Source: Gemmatimonadales bacterium (lineage in GTDB: Bacteria; Gemmatimonadota; Gemmatimonadetes; Gemmatimonadales; GWC2-71-9). Taken from it: 64,000 bases of DNA. Shown here piece by piece: positions 1 through 8,741 of the stretch (the first letter of the stretch is position 1; each line of letters begins with the position of its first letter). A program made the position numbers and the translations under genes. The notes under the pieces were generated by a model. That model saw nothing but the letters and a program-made list of their open reading frames with translations, ran no database searches and had not been told where the DNA came from. The stretch spans positions 10,118-74,117 of the forward strand of contig DATNDQ010000015.1 in assembly GCA_035553475.1 (NCBI GenBank), in the 5' to 3' direction.

Positions 1-23
1 CGCGCACCAAACGACATCGCGAT

Positions 24-38
24 GTGCGCATTGCGCAC
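24..38. promoter_or_regulatory. Perfect 7-1-7 palindrome GTGCGCA-T-TGCGCAC abutting a TAATAT -10-like hexamer (40-45); candidate operator/promoter of the first gene
   Basis: Read directly from the sequence. The palindrome is followed by TAATAT, about 40 nt upstream of the ATG at 84. No binding protein can be assigned. Confidence 0.3.
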
Positions 39-83
39 TTAATATTCTGAAGGGGCATATAACGTCCGGGAATGGAGACTGGA

Positions 84-1304
84 ATGACCATCCGCGTCAG
101 ACTCGTTGCGCTCATCGCCGCGGTCGCGGCCTGCTCCAATCCAACTGACCAAGTGCAGCCGGGCGGCGGGGGCACCAAGACCGGCGTCGCAGGCATCAAG
201 GTCAGCGTCGTGCTTGCGCGGGTGGGGGTGGGACAATCCTTCCAGCTCTTCGTCACCGCCCACGACTCGAACGGTGCAGTCATGCAGAACCCCGCGGTGA
301 CGTATGCATCGTCCAACACGGGACTGGCCACCGTGTCGGACGCCGGACTCATTCACGGTGTGTCGCTCGGATCGACCGACGTACACGTGACGGTCGGGGG
401 AACGACTGCGGTTCTGCCGGTGGTCGTCGCCACGTCGCCTGCGGGAACGCTGACGGGCACACTGAGTGGCGCAGACTCGGTCGCGTCACGGCCGTTTACG
501 GTGACGATCTCCTCAAAGAACATCGTCTACGTCGGACGTCAGGACCTGCCGTACGTCCAGCGCACACAGCTGCCCGATACCGCGTTCGGCGACTCGGTGC
601 TCGTGGGCGCCGACCCCACTGACATCACGTTCGACTTCGCCGGCACCACCGCCTATATCACTGACCAGTTCTCGAGTTCTCTCGGCGTCGCGCCGGTCAC
701 GGCGGCCGCGTTGGCGGACAGTATCCCCCTGCCGGGCCAGCCCTACCGAGTTGTGCTCGATCTGGAGGGGAAGACCGCCTTCGTCACGACGAATAACCAG
801 TTGGTGGTCGCGGTCAATCTGATGACGCGGGATACGACCCGGACGTGGTCCCTGGACAATCCCTCCAATGGACTTGCCTGGTCTCCCGACGGAGTGCACA
901 TCTACGCGTCGACGTACGCCGGCTATCTGCACTCCTTGAACACGAGCACGGGGACTGATTCCGCCGTCATGCTCAGCGGCAAGCTGCAGGATGTCGTCGT
1001 GGCGAACGATGGACGCACGGTTTACGTCGCCAACGAGACGGGCGCGATGTGGGTGATCGACTCGACCGGGGCGCACCAGGCCTCTGGGGTGCAGAACGTC
1101 TTCAGTCTGGTGCTGTCACCTGATGGGAACTCTCTCTATGCCTCGCAGCCGGCCCTGGGCAAAGTGCTTATCGTAGACCGTGCGTCCCTGACGGTGAGCA
1201 AGACACTGGATGTCGGGGGCACGCCCCGCCGGATCGCCTTCGATCCGCTCGGGACGGTCGCCTTGATCGGGAATGAGAGCGGGTACGTGAGTATCGTGCG
1301 GTAA
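84..1304 (+). CDS. Secreted lipoprotein with an Ig-like (Big_2-type) domain and a YVTN/YncE-like beta-propeller
   Basis: ORF 72..1304. The N-terminus MTIRVRLVALIAAVAAC has a signal peptide and lipobox. A Big_2-like segment (GQSFQLFVTAHDSNG...ASSNTGLATVSDAGLIHGVSLGSTDVHVTVGG) is followed by repeated propeller-blade motifs (NDGRTVYVANETG, SPDGNSLYASQPALGKVLIVD, GGTPRRIAFDP). ATG 84 is preferred over ATG 72 because GGAG lies about 6 nt upstream. Confidence 0.75.
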   Translation: MTIRVRLVALIAAVAACSNPTDQVQPGGGGTKTGVAGIKVSVVLARVGVGQSFQLFVTAHDSNGAVMQNPAVTYASSNTGLATVSDAGLIHGVSLGSTDVHVTVGGTTAVLPVVVATSPAGTLTGTLSGADSVASRPFTVTISSKNIVYVGRQDLPYVQRTQLPDTAFGDSVLVGADPTDITFDFAGTTAYITDQFSSSLGVAPVTAAALADSIPLPGQPYRVVLDLEGKTAFVTTNNQLVVAVNLMTRDTTRTWSLDNPSNGLAWSPDGVHIYASTYAGYLHSLNTSTGTDSAVMLSGKLQDVVVANDGRTVYVANETGAMWVIDSTGAHQASGVQNVFSLVLSPDGNSLYASQPALGKVLIVDRASLTVSKTLDVGGTPRRIAFDPLGTVALIGNESGYVSIVR

Positions 1305-1326
1305 CTGCCTTTCCTGCCGTACGTTG

Positions 1327-1366
1327 AACGCCCCCAGCCCATTTCGGTAGCCGGGGGCGTTTCTTA
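1327..1366 (+). terminator. Candidate intrinsic terminator after the lipoprotein gene
   Basis: A 9-bp GC stem AACGCCCCC / GGGGGCGTT (1327-1335 and 1353-1361) is followed by the T-rich TTCTTACCTTT. The loop is long (17 nt), so this is not a textbook terminator. Confidence 0.45.
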
Positions 1367-1379
1367 CCTTTGTGCACCG

Positions 1380-2555
1380 GTGCGCATCGCCATCCTGACC
1401 CACAACTACCCCCGCTTTGCCGGCGACCCGGCAGGCGCCTACGTCGAACGGTTGGCCACCTCGGCCGCCGGGGCGGGGCACGACGTGCATGTGCTGGCTC
1501 CGCACGTCGCCGGTACGAAAGACGAGGAGCGGGGGCCGGGGGCGCTGTCGGTCCGTCGGTTCCGGTACGCCCCGGAAGCGCTGGAGCGGGTCGGCTACCG
1601 CGGGGATGTGCGCTCCCGGACCCTGTTTTCCCCCCTCACCCTCCTCCTGCTGCCGTTTTTCCTGGCTGCGTTTCGACGGGCTGCACGGCGCATGGTGCAG
1701 GAGGTCCGGCCCGATGTGGTGCATGCGCACTGGTGGTTCCCCGGCGGCTGGATCGCCTCCGGTCTCCCAGTCCCGTACGTAGTGACGTCCCATGGATCGG
1801 ACGCCCGGCTGCTCGATCGCGGACCCTGGTTTCGCGGCGTGGCCCTTCCAGTGTTTCAGAGAGCCGCACGCGTAACGGCGGCGTCCCGGTTTCTGGCCAC
1901 CGATCTCGAACGGCGTCTGCCCGGATCGTCGGTGGTCGTGACCCCGATGCCGGTGGATGTCGACCGCTTCGGCGCCGCGTTCAAGACCCCGCGCGTGGTC
2001 CCGCCACGCATCCTCTACGCCGGCAACCTGGTGGTGGGGAAGGGCGTCGACGTGCTTCTGCGCGCCATCGCCGAGCTGAAGCAGCGGTCGGGTCCCTTCC
2101 GCGTGAAGATTCTGGGCGAGGGACCTGAACTGTCGTCGCTCAAGGCGCTCGCCGGACAGCTCGGCATCGCCGCCGACGTCGATTGGTCTCCGTTCGTCTC
2201 GCAGGACCGGATGCCCGCCGAATATGGCGCGGCGACGGTCACCGTGCTGCCGAGTCGCGGACAGGCGGAGGGGCTGGGGCTTACGCTCGTCGAAGCGCTG
2301 CTCGCCGGATCGGCCGTGGTCGGTACGCCCGCGGGTGGCATTCCTGAGGTGATCGAGGACGAGAAGACGGGCCTGCTCGCCCGGGATGGCGATGCGACTC
2401 ACCTCGCGGCGCAAATCGAGCGACTCCTCCGCGACGGCGACCTGCGCCGCCGGCTGATCGCGGAAGGCGCGTCGCGGATGCGTGAGACCTACGCGCCTCG
2501 GGCGGGCGCGGAACGATTTCTCCGGATCTACGCCGAGATCGCGAGGCCCGCATGA
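1380..2555 (+). CDS. Family 4 (GT-B) glycosyltransferase
   Basis: ORF 1380..2555 with a GTG start. N-terminus (M)RIAILTHNYP. C-terminal E-x7-E region EGLGLTLVEALLAGSAVVGTPAGGIPEVIEDEKTGLL is typical of GT4/GT1 enzymes. Confidence 0.85.
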   Translation: MRIAILTHNYPRFAGDPAGAYVERLATSAAGAGHDVHVLAPHVAGTKDEERGPGALSVRRFRYAPEALERVGYRGDVRSRTLFSPLTLLLLPFFLAAFRRAARRMVQEVRPDVVHAHWWFPGGWIASGLPVPYVVTSHGSDARLLDRGPWFRGVALPVFQRAARVTAASRFLATDLERRLPGSSVVVTPMPVDVDRFGAAFKTPRVVPPRILYAGNLVVGKGVDVLLRAIAELKQRSGPFRVKILGEGPELSSLKALAGQLGIAADVDWSPFVSQDRMPAEYGAATVTVLPSRGQAEGLGLTLVEALLAGSAVVGTPAGGIPEVIEDEKTGLLARDGDATHLAAQIERLLRDGDLRRRLIAEGASRMRETYAPRAGAERFLRIYAEIARPA

Positions 2556-3595
2556 ATGTCAGTCGTCATGCGGACACCCCGGCGGGGTGGGATACGCTCG
2601 CGCGGGAGCTCGGCAACTTCTACCACCACCCGGGTTGGATAACCGGGATTGCCCGCTGTCTGCACTACCGCGTTCACTGGCTCACGGTGACCGAGGATGG
2701 ACGACTCGTCGGTGGACTGGCGTTGGCCGAGGTGCCAGGTCTGCTCGGTGGCATCCGGCTGGTGTCTTTCCCCTTCAGCTTCATCGCGGGTCCATTGGCC
2801 ACGCGGTCTGAGATCGCCACGGCGTTGCTCGTCGAGGCGGAAACGCTCGCACGCGAGCGACGGGCAAAGCGGGTCGAGATCAAGCAGTTCGGACCGACGG
2901 CGCCGGCGGCGGCGACTGGATGGGTTCGCAGTGACCGCTATCGGACGTTCCGCGTGCTGCCCGAGGGCGGGGAATCCGCGGTTTGGAAGCGCCTTCACGT
3001 GACCTCGACGCAGCAGCGCATTCGAAAAGGCCAGAAGGCCGGTGTTCAGGTCATGGATGGCCGGACCACGGAGGACTGGCTCGCGATGGCGCGCCTGGAG
3101 GAGCGGGTTCAGCAGGGGCATGGTGTTCCGGCCCCCCCGCGCGCGCTCTTCCTCGACGTCTGCCGGAATCTCCAGAACGCAGGGCTCGTCGATTTGTATC
3201 TCGCGAAGGTGCCGGACGGACGCATCGCAGCCGGATTCGTCATGTTCAAGGGACCGCGCGAGTGGATCTACGCGTTCAGCGCCTCCGACCCCGCTCTGGT
3301 GAAGGACTACCGGCCCACGCACGTCCTCCTGTGGGCGGGTGTGCAACGGGCCGTCGCCGCAGGCGTCGTCCTCGACCTCGGCCGGACCGCGCCAGAACAG
3401 GCTTCGCTGGCTGAATTCAAGGAGCGCTGGGGTGCGCGGGGGGACCCCCTGGCATATGATTACTGGCCCGATGCCGGAGGGTTGTTGAACACCCGCCGGG
3501 ACACGGGCGCGCTGGCATTCGCGTCCAGGATCTGGGCCGCCCTGCCGGCCCCCATCGCCCGCATGGGCTCCGCTCTCTACCGCTATCTGGGGTGA
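2552..3595 (+). CDS. FemAB/CelD-like (BioF2-like GNAT-fold) acyl- or aminoacyl-transferase
   Basis: ORF 2552..3595, with an ATGA overlap onto the upstream stop. The C-terminal half (IYAFSASDPALVKDYRPTHVLLWAGVQRAVAAGVVLDLGRTAPEQASLAEFKERWGA) matches the FemX/CelD-type pattern (partner-domain GNAT, FK..(F/W)G ending). Confidence 0.65.
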   Translation: MNVSRHADTPAGWDTLARELGNFYHHPGWITGIARCLHYRVHWLTVTEDGRLVGGLALAEVPGLLGGIRLVSFPFSFIAGPLATRSEIATALLVEAETLARERRAKRVEIKQFGPTAPAAATGWVRSDRYRTFRVLPEGGESAVWKRLHVTSTQQRIRKGQKAGVQVMDGRTTEDWLAMARLEERVQQGHGVPAPPRALFLDVCRNLQNAGLVDLYLAKVPDGRIAAGFVMFKGPREWIYAFSASDPALVKDYRPTHVLLWAGVQRAVAAGVVLDLGRTAPEQASLAEFKERWGARGDPLAYDYWPDAGGLLNTRRDTGALAFASRIWAALPAPIARMGSALYRYLG

Positions 3596-4071
3596 ATGAC
3601 CTCGTGATGCGATTCTGGTGGCGGCTCAAGAAAAAAGTGCTCAAGCGCTGGGCGCGGAACGCCTTTTTCCCGTCCTGGCGGATCACCATGCTTCGCTGGT
3701 GCGGTTACCAGATCGGCCAGGACGTGTATATCGCCGACGAGCTCATCATCGCGGAGGAACTCGAAGATCGGGGCAACCTGACCCTGGGAGACCGGGTCAG
3801 TATCGCGCCTCGGGTCACCCTGGTCCTTTCTTCGCATCCCAACGATTCGCGCATCCGCCCGGTGGCCCCGGTCACCCGGGCACCCATCATCATCGAGGCC
3901 GACGCCTGGCTCGGCGCCGGGGTCGTGGTCCTTCCGGGTGTGCGCATCGGCCGCGGGGCGATCGTGGGGTCCAACAGCGTGGTGACGAAAGACGTCGCAC
4001 CGCTGAACGTGGTCGCGGGCCAGCCGGCCCGGACCATCCGCGTGCTGCCGACCCCTCCTGGCTGGACGTGA
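3592..4071 (+). CDS. Left-handed beta-helix (hexapeptide repeat) O-acetyltransferase, WbbJ/WcaF-like
   Basis: ORF 3592..4071, GTGA overlap. Hexapeptide repeats are visible (IGQDVYI, LGDRVSIAPRVTL, IEADAWLGAGVVVLPGVRIGRGAIVGSNSVV). Confidence 0.8.
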   Translation: MNDLVMRFWWRLKKKVLKRWARNAFFPSWRITMLRWCGYQIGQDVYIADELIIAEELEDRGNLTLGDRVSIAPRVTLVLSSHPNDSRIRPVAPVTRAPIIIEADAWLGAGVVVLPGVRIGRGAIVGSNSVVTKDVAPLNVVAGQPARTIRVLPTPPGWT

Positions 4072-5483
4072 TCCGCGTCGAAGTTCCGGCGGAAGGACTG
4101 ACGCCCGCCGAACGCTATGGTCTGGATACGCTCATCGATCTCTCGGGCCTCTTGCGGGTCGAGGATCCCGCCGCGCCGGTCGTCTCGCTCCACCTGACAC
4201 CCGATCCCGCTCCCCTCGCCGACGTGATCACCGGTTTTGTCGTGCGGGGGGCCGATGGCGCGCTGCGAATCCCGCGCGCCATGCTCGCACACGTGACGGC
4301 GATCGCGGGGGCGGGGGCGGAGCAGGCATCCGGCCAGCGTGACCATCATGGACGTGTCCCGACGTCCGCGAACCCCCTCGTGACGGCGGGCGCGGATCGC
4401 CTCCCCATTGTCTCCATGTGGGCACGGGCTCTCAGCAAGGGCGCCAAGCTGGTCGCCGGCAACCGGGTGGTTCGGTGCGTGTCGCCCTGGCCAGACCGGC
4501 GACGCTGGGCCGCGGCGTTTACGCACGACGTCGACGTGATGAATGGCTGGCCGGCCTTCACCGCGCTCCGTTTGGCCGAACTGATCAGGGCAGGGGAGGG
4601 CAGGCGGGCCGGGCGCGTGATGGCGGCGGCCGTCCGTCATGCGTTCCGGTCACCGGCGTTGGATGGCATCAACGAGGTCATTCGATCCGAGGCGGCCCGC
4701 GGAGTGCGCGCCACGTGGTTCTTTCTTTGCGGGTCTCCGACGCTGTCCCGCTGGATGGCCGGCGACGTGACCTACGACGTGAGATCGCCGCGTGCCCGGC
4801 AGGTGATGACATTTCTCGACGCCCGTCAGCATGAGGTGGGTGTCCACGGCACGTTCGCCACCAGCGCAGATACGTCCGCATTCGAACGGGAACGGATCCG
4901 GTTGGCGGCGGCGACGGGAGGGCCGGGCGCGAGGGGCATCCGGCAGCATTTTCTCAAGATGCGGCCCGGCGTCACACAGCGGCCGATGCGGGAGGCCGGG
5001 TTCGCTTACGACGCGACGTACGGATTCCCCGACCGCAATGGCTTCCGCCTCGGGGTCGCCGACATCGTCGCCGGATGGGATGCCCAGGATGGTCAGTCGA
5101 CATCCCTGGATGAAGTGCCGCTGCACTGGATGGATCGCGCGCAGAGCAAGTATCAGGGGATCGAGGATCCCCAAGCCTGGGTCGCGGACGCGCTGGAACT
5201 CGCGAGCCAGTGCAAGCAAGTGGAAGGCCTCTGGGTCGGACTCTGGCATCCCAATCTCACGCCCGCCCTCGGCTACCCGGATGCGCCGGCGGCGTACGCC
5301 GAACTGCTCGGCGCGATCGTCGAGGACCCGAACCGCCCGCACGTCGATACCCTCGAGCAACTGGTCGCGTGGCGCCGCCGCCGCCGCGCGGCCCGCGCCC
5401 GGCGGGTCGCGGGCGATGGCACGGTCGAGTGGGAAAGCCCGCCCGTGCCGCTCGAAGATGCTGAAGGAAGGCCGATTGACTGA
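4068..5483 (+). CDS. Divergent polysaccharide deacetylase (CE4/NodB-like) family protein
   Basis: 3' part of ORF 3618..5483. The start is trimmed to the in-frame GTG at 4068, which overlaps the upstream TGA (GTGA). CE4-like motifs are present: THDVDV (Asp-Asp motif), HEVGVHG (His motif) and RQHFL. Confidence 0.6.
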   Translation: MIRVEVPAEGLTPAERYGLDTLIDLSGLLRVEDPAAPVVSLHLTPDPAPLADVITGFVVRGADGALRIPRAMLAHVTAIAGAGAEQASGQRDHHGRVPTSANPLVTAGADRLPIVSMWARALSKGAKLVAGNRVVRCVSPWPDRRRWAAAFTHDVDVMNGWPAFTALRLAELIRAGEGRRAGRVMAAAVRHAFRSPALDGINEVIRSEAARGVRATWFFLCGSPTLSRWMAGDVTYDVRSPRARQVMTFLDARQHEVGVHGTFATSADTSAFERERIRLAAATGGPGARGIRQHFLKMRPGVTQRPMREAGFAYDATYGFPDRNGFRLGVADIVAGWDAQDGQSTSLDEVPLHWMDRAQSKYQGIEDPQAWVADALELASQCKQVEGLWVGLWHPNLTPALGYPDAPAAYAELLGAIVEDPNRPHVDTLEQLVAWRRRRRAARARRVAGDGTVEWESPPVPLEDAEGRPID

Positions 5484-6402
5484 CCGCAAGACGTGGTGGC
5501 GGGTGGTCCAGGTCGTGGGTGCCGTGGTGCTGGTGGCCCTCGCGGTGCGGTCGTTGGCGCGCAACTGGAATGATCTCCAGTCGCAAACGATCGAGTGGAA
5601 GATTCGTCCCCTCTGGATCGCATTGTCGCTGGTCATCACCTGGGGAGCGTACGCCGGATTGATCGAAGCGTGGCGCCGGGTGGTCGAAAGCCTCCGGCAA
5701 CGGCTGGGGTATTGGGACGCCGCGCGGATCACGATGGTTTCCAACCTCGGCAAGTATGTGCCGGGAAAGGTGTGGGCCATCGCAGGGGCGGCCTACCTGG
5801 CTCAGCAGGTGGGGGTGACCAAGACGGCGGCGGTGGCGTCGGCGATCGTTCTCCAGGCGCTGGCCCTTGCGAGCGGAGTGATCCTCGTCGCCATTCTGGC
5901 TCCCGGCCTCCAGGGCGTCCCGGCCGGGTATCTGATCGGTGGTGCCGCCCTGGGTGTCGCGGCGGTCGGGGGAGTGGTGGTGCTCTGTTCCCGGCGCGCC
6001 CTCGACGCGATTCAGCGGCGCCTGCCCCCATCCCTCCCACGCCTCGACCCGATCGCCCCCGGCGTCATGCTGGCTGCCCTGGGTGTGAACGCGGCGGCCT
6101 GGTGTGCGTATGGACTGGCATTCGTCGCGCTGACGCGTGGCGTGTTGCCTGAAGCGTCCCTTCCGTGGACGCTCGCCACCAGCGTCTTCACGACGTCGTA
6201 TCTTATTGGTTTGCTGGTGGCGTTCGCCCCCGGGGGCCTCGGAGTCCGGGAGTCGATGTTCGTGCTGCTCCTTGGGGGACCCCTGGGAGTGAAGCTTGCT
6301 GGCGCCTTGGCGCTGGCCACCCGGGTCACGCTGACCATCGCCGAGCTCGGAGCGGCGGTTCCGTTCCTGTTGATTCGGTCTTCCAGAGGAGCATCGCGTT
6401 GA
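5458..6402 (+). CDS. Polytopic membrane protein, UPF0104 / lysyl-PG-synthase-TM (flippase-like) family
   Basis: 3' part of ORF 4831..6402, starting at ATG 5458 (MLKEGRLTDRKTWWRVVQVVGAVVLVAL...). It has about 8 hydrophobic helices and conserved Arg/Pro spacing like the MprF flippase-domain family. The upstream part of the ORF is an Arg-rich out-of-frame artefact. Confidence 0.55.
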   Translation: MLKEGRLTDRKTWWRVVQVVGAVVLVALAVRSLARNWNDLQSQTIEWKIRPLWIALSLVITWGAYAGLIEAWRRVVESLRQRLGYWDAARITMVSNLGKYVPGKVWAIAGAAYLAQQVGVTKTAAVASAIVLQALALASGVILVAILAPGLQGVPAGYLIGGAALGVAAVGGVVVLCSRRALDAIQRRLPPSLPRLDPIAPGVMLAALGVNAAAWCAYGLAFVALTRGVLPEASLPWTLATSVFTTSYLIGLLVAFAPGGLGVRESMFVLLLGGPLGVKLAGALALATRVTLTIAELGAAVPFLLIRSSRGASR

Positions 6403-8741
6403 ACAACGCCAGTCCATATACGCCGCGGTTCCCGACACTCACGGCTTTCGGGTTTCTCTGCCTCTGGGTGGCCATTCTGTCGCTGCCGATGTGGAGCGGG
6501 AAGTTCATGGCCGGCCCCAAGTCGGACCAATATTCGGTCGGCTGGGCGATGCGGCATTGGGGCGCCGAGCAATGGAAGACAACCGGCCATCTCCCGCTTT
6601 GGGACCCCTATCGCCTGGGCGGCGTGGTGGTGGTGGCAGGGTTCGGCGACCTCTTCTATCCGTCGTCCTGGCTCCGGTTGGTGCTGCCGACGAGTATCGC
6701 GGTGGACCTGGCCTTCGTGGTCCACTACGTCCTGGCCGGACTCTTCCTGTTCCTGCTGTTGCGAATGCTTTCAATCAGTTGGCTGGGGTCGCTGATTGGC
6801 GGCACCGCTTACCAGCTCACGGGCGTGATCGTGTCGTACGCGAGCCCAGGTCATGACGGAAAACTGTTCGTCAGCGCACTCTTTCCGCTGATGCTGATCG
6901 CACTGGTGTTGGGGATCAGGCGTCGCCGGCTGGAAGGGCACGCGCTCCTCGGCCTGTCGGTGGGACTCGCCGTCCTCTCCCCGCAGTATCAGACCACCCA
7001 ATACGCACTCCTCTCGGCCGGCATCTTCGCGCTGTATCTGGCATTCGCGGATCCGGAGGACCTGACCATCAGGCAGGGTTTCACCGGCATCAGCCTCGCG
7101 GCGGTGGGTGTGCTGCTCGGCTTCGGAATGTCGATGATTCAGGTCCTGCCGTTCGTGCACTACATCCCGTTCTCGCCGCGTGCTGAGGCAGGGGGGTGGG
7201 ACTTCGCGACGTCCTATTCGACTCCCTGGATCCACGTGCCCGAGTTTTTCCTGTCCGGATTCACGGGACAGACCTTCAGCGGAACCTACTGGGGTCCGAA
7301 TGGATTGAAGCTGCACAGCGAGTACCTCGGGTTGCCGGTGATCGCGCTGGCGATTCTCGGCGTGGGCTCGCCGCGACGCCGCCTGATGAAATGGATCCTC
7401 GGGATCGGCGTCCTGTTCCTGCTGGTGGCGCTCGGAGACGGGACGCCCTTCTACCGGATCTGGTACGCCGTGGTCCCCTACGTGAACAAGACGCGCGCCC
7501 CGGGCATCGCGTTCTATCAGGTCGGATTCGCGGTGGCGGTGCTCGCCGCCCTGGGTGCCGAGCGTCTCGAGCGCGGAGAAGGGAAGACGTGGGCGCTCAG
7601 CGGGATGATCGCTGGTGGCGTGGTCGCCCTGCTGGCGGTGGTCGGCACTTTCGGCGCCATCGCCACCTCGTACGCGCAAAGCCATCCGGAGTTCGCCCAG
7701 TGGGCTCCTGCGGGAGCCGCGGCGGCCCAGACGCCGATCCTGGTCGGAGCGGTCGGCAGCGCACTGGCACTGATCCTGGTCGCCGGATTCGTCTGGATCA
7801 ACTTCAAACGGCCCATTCCCGCGCCGGTCTTCGCGATGGGACTGGTGTTCCTGGTGGGTGCGGACCTGTACCGGGGAGGCGAGATCTTCTGGCACTGGAG
7901 CTCGCCCCTGCAGCAGCAGGTCGGCTCCGACGAGCTGGTCAAGCGGCTCGAGGCCACACCGGTCCCGTACCGGGTATTCGATCCGCTCGAGGTGTACCCG
8001 CGCGACGCGCTGATGGCCTACGATATTCCCCAGGTGACCGGGTATCACGGCAACCACCTGCAGAACTACCTGGATCTGGTGGGTGGCGAGGGTGGGGCGA
8101 ATCTCCTCCACGCGCCGAATCTATGGAAATTGCTCGACGTCAAATACTTCATCTGGCCCGATACCATCCCCCTACGGACCTATCACCGCGTGATGGGGCC
8201 GGTGAAGACGACCATGGGACGGAATGCCTACCTGTACGAGGCGGACAGTGCGCTGGACTACGCTCGAGTGGTGTCGGCAGGGGTCAAGGCGGACACGACT
8301 CAGATCGTTCCGACACTCATGGATCCGCGTCTGGACTACGACAGGCTCGTGCTGTTCAGCCCGGACCAGCCGGTGAATCCGTTACCCGTATCGAGCATGC
8401 CGCCGGCACCGGCCGCAAAGGCGACGGTGACCAAGTGGGCTCCCGGAGCGATGAGCATCAGCATCAACCCGCCGACCGACAGCGCCAGGTATCTCGTGGT
8501 CAGCGAGAACTGGTACAAGGATTGGAAGGCGACCGTGAATGGCGCTCCGGCGCAGGTGCTTCGGGGAGATGAATCCCTGATCACCGTGCCCCTGCCACAG
8601 GGCGCCCGGACCGTCGAGCTGGCGTTCACGCCCGATGACTATGCCAGGGGGAAGACGATCACGATGATCTCCCTGGGGTTGATCGTCCTCTTCGGGGCCG
8701 TCCCGATGGTGATGCGAAGGGTGGCCGGGGCCCGTGGCTGA
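6399..8741 (+). CDS. Large polytopic membrane protein, YfhO-like (GT-C-type glycosyltransferase candidate)
   Basis: 3' part of ORF 6165..8741. The start is proposed at TTG 6399 (TTGA overlap with the upstream stop); ATG 6489 is the alternative. The N-terminal pattern SDQYSVGW...GHLPLWDPYRLGG...FYPSSWL resembles the YfhO signature (D..Q..P...lPlWs...G). It has many TM helices plus a soluble domain of about 250 aa and a final TM helix. Confidence 0.5.
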   Translation: MNNASPYTPRFPTLTAFGFLCLWVAILSLPMWSGKFMAGPKSDQYSVGWAMRHWGAEQWKTTGHLPLWDPYRLGGVVVVAGFGDLFYPSSWLRLVLPTSIAVDLAFVVHYVLAGLFLFLLLRMLSISWLGSLIGGTAYQLTGVIVSYASPGHDGKLFVSALFPLMLIALVLGIRRRRLEGHALLGLSVGLAVLSPQYQTTQYALLSAGIFALYLAFADPEDLTIRQGFTGISLAAVGVLLGFGMSMIQVLPFVHYIPFSPRAEAGGWDFATSYSTPWIHVPEFFLSGFTGQTFSGTYWGPNGLKLHSEYLGLPVIALAILGVGSPRRRLMKWILGIGVLFLLVALGDGTPFYRIWYAVVPYVNKTRAPGIAFYQVGFAVAVLAALGAERLERGEGKTWALSGMIAGGVVALLAVVGTFGAIATSYAQSHPEFAQWAPAGAAAAQTPILVGAVGSALALILVAGFVWINFKRPIPAPVFAMGLVFLVGADLYRGGEIFWHWSSPLQQQVGSDELVKRLEATPVPYRVFDPLEVYPRDALMAYDIPQVTGYHGNHLQNYLDLVGGEGGANLLHAPNLWKLLDVKYFIWPDTIPLRTYHRVMGPVKTTMGRNAYLYEADSALDYARVVSAGVKADTTQIVPTLMDPRLDYDRLVLFSPDQPVNPLPVSSMPPAPAAKATVTKWAPGAMSISINPPTDSARYLVVSENWYKDWKATVNGAPAQVLRGDESLITVPLPQGARTVELAFTPDDYARGKTITMISLGLIVLFGAVPMVMRRVAGARG

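Noticed and set aside
39-386. 115-aa - strand ORF at the left edge.
   Set aside because: It is antisense to the lipoprotein gene and its promoter region, with biased composition and no motifs.
1116-2414. 432-aa - strand ORF, plus many 60-250-aa ORFs overlapping the + strand operon (for example 4650..5780, 5257..6438, 6771..8111, 7196..8572).
   Set aside because: They overlap well-supported genes (GT4, CE4, UPF0104, YfhO-like), have strongly biased Arg/Pro/Gly composition and no motifs. They are treated as non-coding frames.
4587-4594. GGGCAGGG (E. coli KOPS-type octamer) on the + strand left of dif, and CCCTCCCC at about 22988 right of it, considered as FtsK-orienting polar sequences supporting the terminus call.
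   Set aside because: At least one opposite-orientation match (GGGGAGGG near 27006 on the + strand) exists. The KOPS motif for this lineage is unknown. A skew statistic over the whole genome is required, so these matches are not used as evidence.
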